From positions 736,001 to 800,000 of the forward strand of contig CM000153.2 of assembly GCA_000004695.1 (NCBI GenBank): a stretch of 64,000 nucleotides of DNA, read 5' to 3'. The first letter of the stretch is position 1. Every line of letters starts with the position of its first letter. Made by a program: the position numbers and the translations under genes. Under the pieces are notes generated by a model, which was not told where the DNA came from, searched no databases, and saw only the letters and a list, made by a program, of their open reading frames with translations. Below are positions 31,690 through 47,196 of the stretch, in pieces. This DNA is from Dictyostelium discoideum. Taxonomy: Eukaryota.

Positions 31690-32012
31690 AAGGTCCTCAA
31701 GGTAAATATAGATACTATTGGAATATATGCGGTGATGTAATTTAATGTAAATCCATTGTTGTATCAGCATGTCAACTTTACGTTGGTTCAACATATTCTC
31801 CAACTCCTATAGGTTTAACAAGTCGTGGTTCTTTTGGTACATCAAATTCAACTACACAATTAAAATACACCACAAATTCAAGATGTTCTAATGGGAATTT
31901 TAGATCTTCTGTTATGTCATTTACTTGTTACAATAGTAAAGAAATTACATCCACACTAGTTGTAGACAATCAATGTATTTATAATGTAGAAATGAGTGGC
32001 AAAGCTTTTTGT
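31690..32012 (+). pseudogene. truncated, disrupted duplicate of the MRH-like domain of gene 30653-31474
   Basis: ~85% nt identity to 30820-31140 but lacks signal-peptide region, has indel plus in-frame TAA (..ICGDVI*) and ends ..GKAFCVKI*; antisense ORF 31552-31803 mirrors antisense ORF 30738-31010. Confidence 0.55.
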
Positions 32013-32047
32013 GTTAAAATCTAAAAAAAAAAACCAGATTTAAATTT

Positions 32048-32091
<44 letters not shown>

Positions 32092-32099
32092 TTGTATTT

Positions 32100-32369
32100 T
32101 TTGGGTGATACACAAATTCAAAATGCTCCAATGGAAATTTTAGAACCTTTGTTATGCACTTTAATTGCTCTGATAGTCAAGAAATTTCGGCTTCATTAGT
32201 TTCAGATAATGCTTGTATTTATACAGTAGAAATGAGTGGAAAAGTTTTTTGTCCCACAACTCCAACCACATCAAATAGTATTTCAATAATCAGTTCAAAA
32301 ACAACCATTTGGATATATATATTTCAATTCCTAATATATACCTATATCTTTTCAATTTATAATTGAAAT
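32100..32369 (+). pseudogene. second partial duplicate (C-terminal half of MRH-like domain + Ser/Thr-rich stalk + hydrophobic GPI-signal-like tail), frameshifted at 5' end
   Basis: ..CSNGNFRTFVMHFNCSDSQEISASLVSDNACIYTVEMSGKVFCPTTPTT..IWIYIFQFLIYTYIFSIYN*; ~16-nt deletion relative to parent breaks the frame upstream. Confidence 0.5.
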
Positions 32370-32531
32370 ATAATAATGCCCCCTCTTTGCATTCTCAATA
32401 ACGTATCCCCCCACTCATTTTATTAATAATAAAATAATCATAATATTACAAAAATAAATTCACTTATTTCTGTTGATTATTGTTTTTTTTTTGTATTTTT
32501 TTATATTTTTTTTTTTGTATTTTTTGATTTA

Positions 32532-34074
<1,543 letters not shown>

Positions 34075-34122
34075 CTAAAAAATAAAAATTAAATTAAATT
34101 AATATATATTTTATTTATTACT

Positions 34123-34124
<2 letters not shown>

Positions 34125-34186
<62 letters not shown>

Positions 34187-34190
34187 TAAG
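34125..34190. repeat. (TTTA)n ~16 units inside ABC intron
   Basis: visible tetranucleotide run. Confidence 0.9.
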
Positions 34191-34197
34191 TACTTAC

Positions 34198-35009
34198 TAT
34201 TTTAAATGACTATCTTCTTCAATAAAAGTTGGAATATTTAATAATTTTTTAACTTTTTTTTGATGTTTATAAATATTTTTAAAAGAACCTAAAGATTGGA
34301 ATAACCGATTACCTAATCTAATGACACGATTAATGTCTAATAGAGTTGTACGATAAAGTTGATTATCAATTTTTTGACGATCCATAACTTTATGAGCCAC
34401 CCAAACCTCTGCAGCAAATTCAAATAATGAACGATTATGAATTGATCTCCATGTACGAGAGATTAATGTCGAGAATGATTGAGTATTACTCAACTCTTTC
34501 TCTATTAAATTATCGAATAATCCTAATTGAGTCTCTTGTAAATTATTAATTTGAATATCTGATAAGCCTTCGGCAGTATTTGATATCATTTTACTCATTG
34601 CTGAATTATAAGGATCTTTAAATTTAGATGAATCTGGATTATTCTCAACTAATCTCTCTCTAAGTTTTTGACTAACTTTTTGATAAATTGCAATTAATAT
34701 TGGATGTAATACAATCAATGGATCGATTTTATGACCTTTTTTTAATAATTCTGAACCTTCAATAACTATAGTATAATTAATAATATTAATAATTAGTAAA
34801 TATTTATGTTTTTTCAAAAGACTAATAAAAAATAAGATCTTACCAAATGCATATATTGAAGCTATTAAATCTGGTATTGTATAAGTAAAGAATGAAATCG
34901 TTGTATTAATTGAAGAAGATAATTTATATTCTAATTCAGCTGGACCAATATTCTTTTTCTTTCTAAGGAAATCAAATGCACCAATCTCTGAATATAACAA
35001 TTTCTCCAT
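34198..35009 (-). CDS. ABC transporter, upstream exon (membrane-spanning/coupling region; ~2-3 hydrophobic helices) - probably not the true first exon
   Basis: ORF ends ..CAT TTA AAA TA + GTAAGT donor (34197-34192); 123-nt intron with (TTTA)n; phase-2 junction gives ..SHLK-Y-IYKFEELKVSSDLKFSYENKF.. in frame with NBD; a full ABC membrane domain needs more helices so further 5' exons (e.g. ORF 35475-35657) are likely. Confidence 0.6.
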
Positions 35010-35048
35010 TACTAATCTTCTAATTTGTAATCTATTTTCTAATGACTA

Positions 35049-35152
<104 letters not shown>

Positions 35153-36704
35153 TATGTGTATAATTAACCAATTAATATTTAGAACTATTATTATTATCTA
35201 TTATTATCCCATTATCTATTATCCCATTATCTATTATACATACAACAATTGAAATTAAATGACTATTTATATTATCTAATATTGCATAGTATATTGTTAA
35301 AAGTACATATTTTATTACAGCAGAATGGGAGTATGGTCCATTGGTTGACATTGTATGTGTAATCTCTACTCTTGATGTTCTAAGGTAATTACCAATCTTT
35401 CTTTTTGATGCATACCATGGTAATAACTAAAATGAAAAATGAAGTTAATATTAAATATTATTATTATTATTATTTTAGATGTAATTTGAATATGGAAAAT
35501 TTACTTCGATAATTAATGGTATTATATAATGTACAGCTATAGTTTTAAAAAGTAATGTTTTATTTCTTAACCAAAGGTATCGATAAAATACACTAATTGG
35601 CATACCATATATGAACCATCCTATTGCTGTAAGCTTTAATTTAATCCAATTTTTCATTATATATATAAATATATATAAATATATAAACTGGGTTTATTAA
35701 AATGAAATTTTTAAAAAAAAAAAATAAAAAATAAAAAATAAAAAATAATAATAATAAAAAAAAAATAAAAAAAAATAAAAATAAAAATTTATACCAGTAT
35801 TACCATATGGTATAACCTGTATTATGATTTTATTTTTTTTTTTTTGTTTTTATTTATTATTTATTTTTTTATTTATTTTTATTTTTATTTTTATTTTTAT
35901 TTTTAACAAAATAAATTAATAACTGTTATTAGATTGATTTTAATTTTTTACGCACGAGCACAACACACACACACACCACAAACAAATAAATAAATAAATA
36001 AAATAAATATAACCTATAACTGACAAATCATATGATACTTTTTTTTTTATTATTTTTATTATTTTATTATTTTTTTTTTTTTGTTTTTTGTTTTTTGTTT
36101 TTTGTTTTTTTTTTTTAATATTAATATATGATGTGTGCAATTATGGTTTAGTAATTCGAAATGTATCACTTTGGGAAGTTTCAAAAACACAAAATATAAA
36201 ATAATTATTTAAGTAATTAATGGTGCTATTGCTGGGAAATGAAAAAAAAAAAAAAAAAAATTTTTAAGCTGTTGTGTGTTGTTGATAAATTTCGAAAAAA
36301 AAAAAAAAAAAATGAAAAAAAAATAAAATAAAAAAAAAAGATATTTTTGAAATTTTATTAATTTAATTAATTTATGTCATTAATTAATTATTTTCTGCCC
36401 ATTTTTTTTGTATATATTTTATTCATTTTTTTTTTTTTTTTCATTTTTTCTTTCTTTTTTTTTTTTTTTTTTTTTTTTAATTATTTATATTTATTTTTTT
36501 CAATTATTTAAATTAAAATGAGACGAGATGATGATTAAAAATTTATTGATTGATTTTTTTGATGAAAAAAAAAAAAAAAAGATTTTTTTTGACATCCAGA
36601 TATTTTTCATTTTTTTTTTTCATTTTTTATTTATTTTAATTTTATTTTATTTTTCTATACATATTCTTTTTTTATTTTATATTTAATATTTTATTGCTTC
36701 TATA

Positions 36705-36735
<31 letters not shown>

Positions 36736-36789
36736 TACTACAATATTTTTAATTATTATTTATTTTAATTTTTTTTTTTTTTTTTTATA

Positions 36790-37624
36790 TTAAATTAAAA
36801 ATTGTATAAAGAATAAAAAAGTAATAAAATAAAAAGAAGAGAAATATATTATCGATGAGGAAGAAGGTTCACCACTTTCATCAGAATCAGAGCTACTATT
36901 ATTATTGATACTATCATTATAAGTATATGTGAAAACTTGTTTAAATTGGAAATTACTGCCGAAATAAGCAACAAAAGTTTTATTTGCACCAGTACCTTTT
37001 GGAATTGATAATTCAATTTGTCTATTTGGTATAGTTATAGTAATAGTTGGTATTGATAATTCTGAATCTGAATTTGAGTTTGAATCATTTGATGATGATT
37101 TATAATACCAACCGAAATCAGTACCACTAATAGTTATAATTGAAGAACCATCAATTTTAACGATTTTATTATAACTTGTATCAAATGAAAAAGTTGGACA
37201 GTTGGTAGCAACAGAATTTGAATTGAAATCTGTGAAATTGTTTGGTAACAAATATTTAGTACCAATTGAATTTGCACCACTACAACTGAAACAACTTGGA
37301 ATTGAGCCGGACAATAAATTACCACCGACTCCTAATACACCATCCCTAAATTGGCAGTAACTCGATGGTAATGATCCAACTAAATTATTCTTTCTTTCAA
37401 CATTAAAACTATCCATTTTTACATAATCAATACCAGATTCACTTGACCATGGTAACTCTTGTTCCAAATCATTATTAACCATTGTAAATTCTAAAATATT
37501 CTTAAATGATAAATTATTTAAATTTACATTACAATTTGATAAACTTAATTTTGAATCAATTGGTAAATTTAAACATGGTTTTTTATTACACATTGTTAAA
37601 AAATCACAACCTTCTTCAAAATTA
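36790..37624 (-). CDS. same gene exon 3: Cys-containing region, IPT/TIG-like beta domain (..KIVKIDGSSIITISGTDFG..), Ser-rich stalk and C-terminal hydrophobic tail (GPI-anchor signal-like)
   Basis: acceptor AAAAAG (37626-37625); total CDS 359+555+835 = 1749 nt = 583 codons, in frame; ends ..SSSDSDESGEPSSSSIIYFSSFYFITFLFFIQFLI*. Confidence 0.65.
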
Positions 37625-37799
37625 CTTTTTTTTTTTAAAAAAAAAATAAATAATAAAATAAAATAAATAATAAAAGATTAGAATATATTTTTTTTTTTTT
37701 CATCCCCCATTCTCTGGGGTTTTAAAGGCATCGAATGTAGGTATGTGAAAAATATGGGGGTGTTTTTTTTTTTTTTTTTTTTTTTTAAAAAATACTTAC

Positions 37800-38354
37800 A
37801 AAATTGAAGATGAATTTAATAATGAAAAATCAGTTAAACCAATTGAAGGATCTAATGTAAAACCTTTACCATAAATATTTAAATTTGATAAAGTTTTAAT
37901 TTGAGTAATTGATTGTAAGAAATTCCAAGTTTGGATATTACTACCAGTTGAATCAATTGGTGAATTTATAAATGTTATTGAAATTATTGATAATTTTTCA
38001 AATGGTGTTTGAAAATTTGGTAATTGAAAATCTTTATAATTTTCATTTGAGTTACGATCATTAAAAATATTTAAATTTAATTCAATTAATGCTTTTAAAT
38101 TATTTAAATCATTTGGAAATGATGATTGAATATATGATATTGGTAAAGACAATGATTTTAAATAATTATTCACTGGAAATGATGATGGTAATGAACTACC
38201 ATTATCAAAATTTATAATTACTAAATTTGAAATTTGACCACTTGAAAAGAAGTTTTCATTAATTCTAGTTGAAATAGTACCAAATTCAACACTATCTAAT
38301 GAATTTGGTAAATTTTGGTCACTTGGTATTGTTTCAATTTGATTTGAAATAACT
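37800..38354 (-). CDS. same gene exon 2: leucine-rich-repeat-like region (L..L.L..N.F)
   Basis: acceptor TTTTAG (AG 38356-38355) after 142-nt poly(A/T) intron; exon ends ..TCA ATT TT + GTAAGT donor (37799-37794). Confidence 0.65.
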
Positions 38355-38369
38355 CTAAAAAATAAAAAA

Positions 38370-38411
<42 letters not shown>

Positions 38412-38496
38412 GATTTATTAATATTTTCACACTTTTCGATCTTTTTTTTCGTTTTTTTTTTTTTTTTTTTCATTATTTTTAAAATTTTTTACATAC

Positions 38497-38855
38497 AATT
38501 TTTTTAAATATTGGTAATTTGAAATATTATTAAAAAATGTTAATGATGATAAACCATTAGTTAATTCTAAAGTTGTTAAATTTATAAATGAAGTGAATGG
38601 TGAATTTATTACCATATTTGGTGGTGATGATGATGGAAATACAATTTCAGTAATTGTATAAACATTTGATGCCGAAACACCATCATTTATAGGTGCACAT
38701 TTAAATGATCCATATGAACAAATGTCATCAATTTTCGTTCCAAAAATTTCAACCATCATTGTATCAATTGCATCTTGTTGATCATTTGGTAAAGTATTTT
38801 GTGCATTATTAAAATAAACTAAATAAAAAATAAAAAATAAAAATATTATTTTCAT
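38497..38855 (-). CDS. GPI-type LRR/IPT-like surface protein, exon 1 (signal peptide MKIIFLFFIFYLVYFNNAQN + first LRR-like repeats)
   Basis: ATG 38855; exon ends AAA TT + GTATGT donor (38496-38491). Confidence 0.65.
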
Positions 38856-39610
38856 TTTTATTTTATTTTATTTTCTTTTATATATAGATAATATATATAT
38901 ATATATATATACAAATATATTTATTTAAGTTTATAAAAATAAAAACAAAAAAAAAAAAAATAAAAAAAAAAAAAAAAAAAAACAAATTACTGTAAAAAAA
39001 AAAAAAAAATAAAAAAAAAAAATAAATAAAAATAAAAAAATAAAAATAATTTTTTGATTTACACTAAAATTCAATCAATTCAAATAAAAAGCATTTCAGT
39101 TATTATAGATTTGACCAAATTTATTTAGAAAAAGAGAAAAAAAAAAAAAAAAAAATTGTAATAGGTAATGGATTGCTTTATTATAAAATTTTTTTTTTTT
39201 TTCGTGTGACTATTGGAAAATATCTTTTATCGACTGGAATCAAAAAAAAAATCAAAAAAAAAAATAATAAAATTAAATTCAAAAAAAAATTTTCATAAAA
39301 AAAAAAAAAAAAAATTGTTTCCAATAATGTTTTCAATTTTTGTTTTCACAATCTTGATATTATTAAGACGAGAGGTTTGGCGAGAGTTAATTTTCCCCAA
39401 CCAATCAATCAACCAACCAATCAATCAACCAATCAATCAAAAAAAAAAAAAAATAATAAAAAAAAAAATAAAAAAAAAATAAAAAAATAAAAATGAACAG
39501 AAAGTGTCGTCTGGAAAATTAAAATGTGAGAAATTATAATTTTAGTTATTTTTTATTTACAGAGGTTATATTCTTTTTTTTTTTTTTTTTGGTTTGTATA
39601 TATTTTTTTT

Positions 39611-39652
<42 letters not shown>

Positions 39653-39936
39653 CTTTGGGTTATTATTATTTTAAAATTATTTCTATTTACAATGACATGT
39701 ATGTAAAAGTTTGTTTATTTAATGCATTCTTATACCAATGTAATTGAAAAAACATAAACTATGTAAACTACTACTATTACTATTACTACTGCTCTTTTTT
39801 TTTTTTTTTTTTAAAAATTTTTTTTTTTAATGTTTTTTTTTTTTTCAAAAAAGTAATACTTTTTTTTTTAAGAAAAATATTACACTAAATGGATATATTA
39901 ATTTTTTTTTTTTTTTTTGTATATTATATTATTATT

Positions 39937-40430
39937 TTAATGAATCAATTCCAATTTTCTTTTCTTCAAAAATAAATCATCATTTAGATTTGAAGATGAA
40001 GAAGTTGGACTTGTTAAAGTTGAGGAAGAATTACTATTACTATTACTATTATATAAACTGATTGGAGGTAATAAAATACTTCTTGAACTATTATTTTGAT
40101 TATTATTATTCGTGTTCGTATTATTGCTATTATTATTATTATTATTTTGGTTATTATTTTGATTATTATTATTTTGATTATTATTTTCATTAAAAATGAG
40201 AGGTGGTAAAGATTTTGATTTTTGTTGGCTATTTGGTGATGTTTGTAAAGTATTTGTATTGGTTGATGAAAATGGTGGAGTTCTTGGTGATGTCATTGGT
40301 GAGGTATCTTCTGGTGATGAGCAAAATAATTTTGAAGCATTATGTAAAGAGAGTAAAGCTTGTGTTGCTTGAGTCGAATCAAATGCTGGTACTTGTTGAC
40401 ATTTGCTTGGTGGTGATCCAATTGGAGACA

Positions 40431-40506
<76 letters not shown>

Positions 40507-41013
40507 TGTATTATTATTGTTTGTATTATTATTATTATTATTATTGTTGTTGTTGTTGCTATTATTATTATTATTGCTACTGTTATTATTATTATTATTA
40601 TTAGATAAATGTGAACTATAATTATTATAATGATTATGATTTTCTTGAGTTTGGGATGGTTTTATTGATAAAATTGGTTTATTTATATGTTGACTGCTAT
40701 TAAATTGAGAATTATTATTATTATTATTACTATTTAATTTCAAATTATTGTGATTATAATGATTATTGTGTCCATTTATATTATTACTGTTATTATAGTT
40801 ATTATGGTTATTATTATGATTATTATTATTATTATTACTATTATTATTATATTGATGGTGGTGATGATGATGATTATGGTGATTGTATCCTAATAATTCT
40901 GGTGTCGATGATGGTGATTTATGATCCTCTTCTTCAGAGTGTGATGCTGTATCGCCACCAATATAGTCATCATTAAAGTCACCTTTTTCTTTTTTATTAA
41001 ATATTTTATCATA
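39937..41013 (-). CDS. MEF2-type MADS-box factor exon 2: His/Asn/Ser-rich low-complexity activation region
   Basis: 122-nt intron 41014-41135 (GTATGT...CATATAG); frame open from 41013 to stop at 39937; total 447 codons; the M of ORF 39937-40743 is a TTG inside this exon. Confidence 0.7.
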
Positions 41014-41057
41014 CTATATGGAAAATTAAAAGTTAATTAGTATTCCAAATTATTTTT

Positions 41058-41104
<47 letters not shown>

Positions 41105-41135
41105 TTTTTTTTTAGATTTTTTTTTTTTTACATAC

Positions 41136-41399
41136 GTCATGGTCAGTAAACTTTTGGGAAATTTCTGGACCCAAATCTGGAATTGATTCCATTGGTGATG
41201 GTAAACCAGAACTAATATATTGGAAATATTTCTCTTTGGCATTTGGTGAATTATTTACAATGACAAGAGAAACTGTAGAGTCACAGAGTAATGCCAATTC
41301 CATTGCCTTTTTAATTAAGCCATTCTTTCTTTTGTTGAATGTAACTTGACGATTTCTTTCGTCTGGAATTCTTTGGATCTTAATTTTCTTTCTACCCAT
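41136..41399 (-). CDS. MEF2-type MADS-box transcription factor exon 1 (MADS box + MEF2 domain)
   Basis: [57 protein letters not shown] is near-identical to metazoan MEF2 MADS/MEF2 domains; exon ends GAC CAT GAC + GTATGT donor (41135-41130). Confidence 0.85.
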
Positions 41400-41592
41400 T
41401 TTAATTTATTAATTGTTTTGATTATTTGGTTGATTGATTTGATTTGATTGATATATGGAAAAAAAGTGTGAATAAATAAATAAAATATTATTTCACTATT
41501 ATTATTATTTGTAGATGATTAGTAAATTTTTTATTTAAATTATATATAAAATAAATGAATAAATAAAAAATTAAAAAATTAAAAAAAAACCC

Positions 41593-41623
<31 letters not shown>

Positions 41624-41712
41624 AGTTAAAATTAAAATTAAAATTAAAAAAAACAATTTTTTAAAAGTTTTAATTAAAAAAATTTAAAAAAAAATTTTTT
41701 TTTTAAAATGGG

Positions 41713-41745
<33 letters not shown>

Positions 41746-42732
41746 TGAAGTGGCAAAGGAAAAAAAAATGAAAAAAAAATGAAAAAAAAAATAAAAAAAA
41801 TAAAAAAAAAGATAAATTTGGAAATCAGACAAGATTGTAAATAAAGAGGATGTGTGGTGTGTGTGTGTGTTTGTGTTTTTAAAGGGAGGCTTAATATAAT
41901 AATTACCTTTTTTTAAAATAAAGATGAAAATGAAATTTCTATAGTTGGTTCAAATGTTGTCTTTACTGGAATTAAATTAATCTACTAATTAAATATAGAT
42001 TTTACTATTATTAATTTTTTTTTTTTTTTAAAAATTTTTTTTTTTTTTTTTTTTTAAGATTTAAAATTAAAAAAAAAAAAATAAATAAAATTTTAAAGAA
42101 AAAAAAAAATAAATGTTAAATTTGTACAAAGATACTAAAAAATTTAAAAGAATTAAATATAATTAATTAATAAATAAATAATTATTTAATTGAAAAAAAA
42201 TAAAAAAAAACAAAAAAAGATAAAATTTAAAAATATATTTGTGTTTTGAAAAAAAAAAAAAAAAATAAAAAAAGAAAAAAATTTTATTTTATTTAGAAAA
42301 CAAAAATAACAAAAATAGAAAATGCCTTGAAATTAAATTTTTTTTTTTATAAAAAAAAATAAAAATAAAAAAAAAAAAAATAAAAAAAAAATAAAAAAAA
42401 TAAAAAATCCAATTTGATAAAAATCGCGACATCCTTATTATTTAGAAGGTCTACTGTTTTTTTTTTTTATGAAGATTATGTGGCCAGGAATTTTAAAAAT
42501 TGGTTTATTTTGGGAACTGTTTTGATAACATTATGATGTGCTGGTGGTGAATTTTTTTTTTATTTTTTTTTTTTTTTGTTTTGCCTGTACATTTTCTATA
42601 AATAAACCAAAAAAAAAAAAAAATAAAATAAAATAAAAAAAATAAAATTTTTAACTTAAACAGAAAAAAAATTAAAAAAAAAAAAAAAAAAGTTATGATT
42701 TATGTGTTACAATTATTTTTTGCAAAAATTTA

Positions 42733-42764
<32 letters not shown>

Positions 42765-43197
42765 GTTTATAAAAAATAATTATTGTAATTGTTATATTAT
42801 TGGAAAAAAAAAAAAATAATAAAAAAAATAAAAATATAAAAACCAAAAAAAAAAAAAAAAAAATAAAAATCCAATTTTTTTAAAAAAGCAACGTTGGGGA
42901 TAATTTTAAATAAGGTTGTAACAAAAATATTTAGAGTCTTTTCATCACATTTGTGGTGGGTTACAAGTGATATAAATAAACAAATAACGAAGGATTTTTT
43001 TTTTTTTAAAAAAAAAAAAAGTTATATAAATAAAAAAATATGGTTATATGTTTAAAAAAAAAAAAAAAAAAAAAAAAATTTAAAAAAAATAAAAATACTT
43101 TTTTTTTTATTTTGACTGTTTTTTGATTTTGATTTAGGGATATTTTTTGGGAAAATGTTCGGAAACAAAATTTATAAATAGTTTTTGGGTGAGAGAG

Positions 43198-43230
<33 letters not shown>

Positions 43231-43279
43231 TTAAAATAAAAAAAAATGGTTTTTAAAAAAAAAAAATTTTTTTTTAAAC

Positions 43280-43331
<52 letters not shown>

Positions 43332-46300
43332 TTAGTTTATGAAAATAAAAAATAAAAAATAAATGAAATTTAAAAAAAAAAAAAAAACCAGCAACAAATT
43401 AAATTTTCATATTAAAGTACGCTGTAGAAGATATGTTGTTAAAGGCTGTGGGCGTTCTTTTTTTTTTTTTTTTTTTTTTTTATTTTTAATCTATTTGATT
43501 ATGCACAGGGTAAAAAGGTATGAAGATTAAAAGAAAAAAAAAAAAAAAAAAAAAAATTAAAAATAAAAATAAAAACACTCAACAAAAAAAAATCCAAAAA
43601 ACACAAATTTATTTTTATACACAGAGTACTGATAAAGTTTGGAAAAAAAAAAAAAAAAAAAATATTTTTTGCCAGTAAAATTTAAAAAAAGTTGTTTTTT
43701 GATGGTGAATTAAATTGTCATATGATTGTAAGGGTTGACACCATAATTTAATATTAAAAATAGATTTGTACCAGATTTATGTGAAAATTAAAAATCAAAA
43801 ATAAAAAAAAAAATAAAAAAAAATAAAAATAAAAATTCTATAATTATTTTTTTTTTTTTTTTTTTGATATTTTGAAATGGGGAAAATGGTGCGGTAAAGG
43901 TGTGATGTTATAGTAAAATTCGAGAGTGTGTTCTTATTTTTTTTTATTTTTTTTTTTTTTTGTATAACGACAAGTATAAAGGTTACAACAAAAATTTAAA
44001 AATAATTTTTTTTTTTGAAAATTTAAAAATAAATTATTTTTTTTAATGAAAAATGGCGAATCAATTTCGCAACATTGCGAACTGTTGGGACACCCAAAAA
44101 TTACTCTTTTTTTTTATTTTTTTTTTTTTATTTTTTATAAATATAGAAATTATGGTATTATCTTTTTTTTTTTTTTTTATTTCTTCTTACCTCTTTTTTT
44201 TATTTTTTTATTTTTTTTTTTAAAAAAAATTAATTTATTGAGTAAAATATTTTTTTTATTTTTTTTTTTATTATTGGAATATTTTGGCTTTTATAAAAAT
44301 TATTTTTAAAATAAATTTTTTTTTTTTTTTTTTTAAATTTAACAAAATAATAAAATTAAAATATATATTTTAATAAATTTTTTAATTTTATTTATTTAAA
44401 AAAGTAATTTTTTTTTCTTTTTGGGTTATTAAATAAAAAAATAAAATAAAAATTTTTTATTTATATATATATTTATATATATAAGTATAAATATAAATAA
44501 GTTTTTTTAATTTTTTTTTAATTTTTTTTATTAATTAAATTTAAAATATTTTTGTTTTATATAATTATTATTTAGTTCGAATATTGACAATAATAAATAA
44601 CACGAAGATTCGATTAGAGATATAATTGTGTAGTGAGTTTGTATGGGTTGAAATTTTATTGCTTGGAATTTGAAAAAGAACAATTAAAACACATAATGGT
44701 GCAATTATTATTATTTTTTCATTTTATTGAAAAAAAAAAATAAAAAAAAAAAACAATGTGAATAAATAATAAAAGTGTTTTTAAAATAGATTATTATATT
44801 TTTTTTTTTTTTTTATAAAATTTTAAAATATGATAAAAAAAATAAAATCATCATTTCTATTGTTATTTATTTTTTTTTTTTAAAAAAAAAATAGATTAAA
44901 AGGGGTGTGGGAATTGGGGTTTATTTATTTTTTTTTATTTTTTTTATTTTTATAATTATTATTATTTTTAAAAAATGTGGTTTTCCATTGTAATAATTAC
45001 TATTTTTTAAAAATAATGTAATGATAGCGATAAAATAAATAAAAAAATAAATAAATAGATTAAAAATAATAAAAATAAAACTAATAAATAATTTTTAAAA
45101 TTTTTTTTTAAAAAAAATAAAATAAAATAAAATAACTTGAATATGAAAAAACAATAAAAATAAAAATAATACTAATACTAATATTAATTAATTTTCCAAG
45201 GACGAATTAATTAAAAAAACAAAAAAAAAAAAAGTGTTGTTTTTTTTATATTACCTTTTTTTTTTAATATTTTTATTAAAATAAATTATTAAATCTATTT
45301 ATAAAAATATTTGTATTGGTTACTAGCAATGAGATTTGATTAAATATTAATTTCGATTTTTTAATTTTATTATAATTAAATTTATTTATTAATTTATTAT
45401 TATTATTATTATTATTATTCAAAAATGAAATATAATTTTTTAAAAAAAAAAAAAAAAAAATTAAAAGTTTATTTTTTTTTTTTTTTAATTAATGATTTTA
45501 TTTTTAAATTTTTTAAATTTTTTATTTTTTTTAAAATTAGATTTATTTATATTTTTAATAATTAAAAAAAAAAAAAAAAAAGAAGATGGTATTTGTTCTT
45601 TTTTTTTTTTTATTGAAAAAGAGAAAAAAAAAAAAAACAAAAATTTAAATTTATACGGATTTAAAAATAATATTTTAATAAAAAAAAAAAAAAAATTTAT
45701 TTTTATTTTTAATTATTGTGTTATTATGATGAATCTAGGTGTTTTGATGATTGCTCTAAAAAAAAAAAAAAAAAAATATTTATTTATTTTTTATTTTTTT
45801 TTATTTTTTTTTTTGTAACTTTTGATTTTGGAGAGAGAGTCTTTTAAGTTAGAGCGGTGTTATACTGTCATTTGTTGATAGGGGACCTCGCGAAACCTTC
45901 TAAAAAAAAAAAAATTGTTGTGAGTATTGTTTTTGTCACCCAATAGATTAAATGATCCATAATGGGAATTGATAATGAATGATGTTGTGTGAGCTTGTCA
46001 AAAATAAAATTATTTTAATTTATAAAAATAAAAATAAAAATAAAAAAAAAATACTTTTCGAACGAATGTTGTCATTTTTCGAATTTAAATAAAAATTATG
46101 CCAATAATTTTTAAAAAGGAAATTAGGTTTTCCTTTTTTAGACTCTTGATTTTTTATTTTATTTTTATTTATTTTTTTTTACCCATTACATTATACCAAA
46201 ATTTCTTTTTGATGATATCATTTTTTTTTAAATTTATTTATTAAATTAATTTTATTTAATATTATTTTAAATTTTTTTTTTTTATTTTTTTTTTTTCAAA

Positions 46301-46510
46301 CTCAATTACTTAATCATTCAATTTAATTATAATGATTTTTGGAATCCAATTCCTTTAATAGGTATCAATTATTATTAAATTAACCAACAAAATAATATAA
46401 AATTAAATTAAAAAAGGTACTAGAACCACAATTCTTTTTTTTTTTTTATTTTCATTTTTTTTTTTTATTTTGGGACATGTTAAAATAAAATAAAAAAAAA
46501 TTTGAAAAAA

Positions 46511-46541
<31 letters not shown>

Positions 46542-47152
46542 CCGTTAGGGGAATGTTCTTGATGTCTTTTTAGCGTTATAATTATTTAAAAAATAAATAA
46601 TTTAAAATAAAAAAAAAAATAAAAAAAAAAATAAAAAAAATAAAATATCATCTATTTAAATATAATTCCGCAAAAATTACATTACACGATCTATAGATTG
46701 TTTTTTTAAATTTTTGTACAACCATAATCATAATGTCTATTTTTATATAGAATTGAAGTAAAAATGATGATTTTTTTTTTTTTTTTTTTGTTAATTCTTT
46801 AATCAGTTTTTTTTATTATTAGAATTTAATTTAAAAGTATTAATATTTTTTTTTTTCTTTATTATTATTGATTTTTTCTAATATTTTTATTTTTACCTTT
46901 TTTATAATGATTTTTGATTTTTCTATTATTGTTGTTATTTTTTTTTTTTTAATTATTTTTAAAAATAAAAATAGGATTTCTTAAAAAAATAATCTTTTTT
47001 TTTTTTTTTTTGCATTTTTTCCTCTTATTTTAATTAATTTCATTTTCATTTTATTAAAAAAAATTAATAATTTTATTTTTATTATTTTATTATTATTTTA
47101 TTTTTATTTATAATTTTTTTTTTGCATTTTTTCCTCTTATTTTAATTAATTT

Positions 47153-47196
<44 letters not shown>

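Noticed and set aside
30738-31803. Antisense ORFs 30738-31010 and 31552-31803 sharing ..ELHHRIYSNSIYIYLEDL..
   Set aside because: Reverse-strand readings of the MRH-like domain and its downstream duplicate. They are useful only as evidence of the duplication.
44570-44600. tRNA search in the gene desert (GTTCGAAT-like box at ~44577)
   Set aside because: The surrounding sequence is AT-rich with no acceptor/anticodon stem potential and no GG preceding the box. No tRNA, rRNA or recognisable snRNA motif (U1, U2, U4 or U6 core sequences) was seen anywhere in the window.
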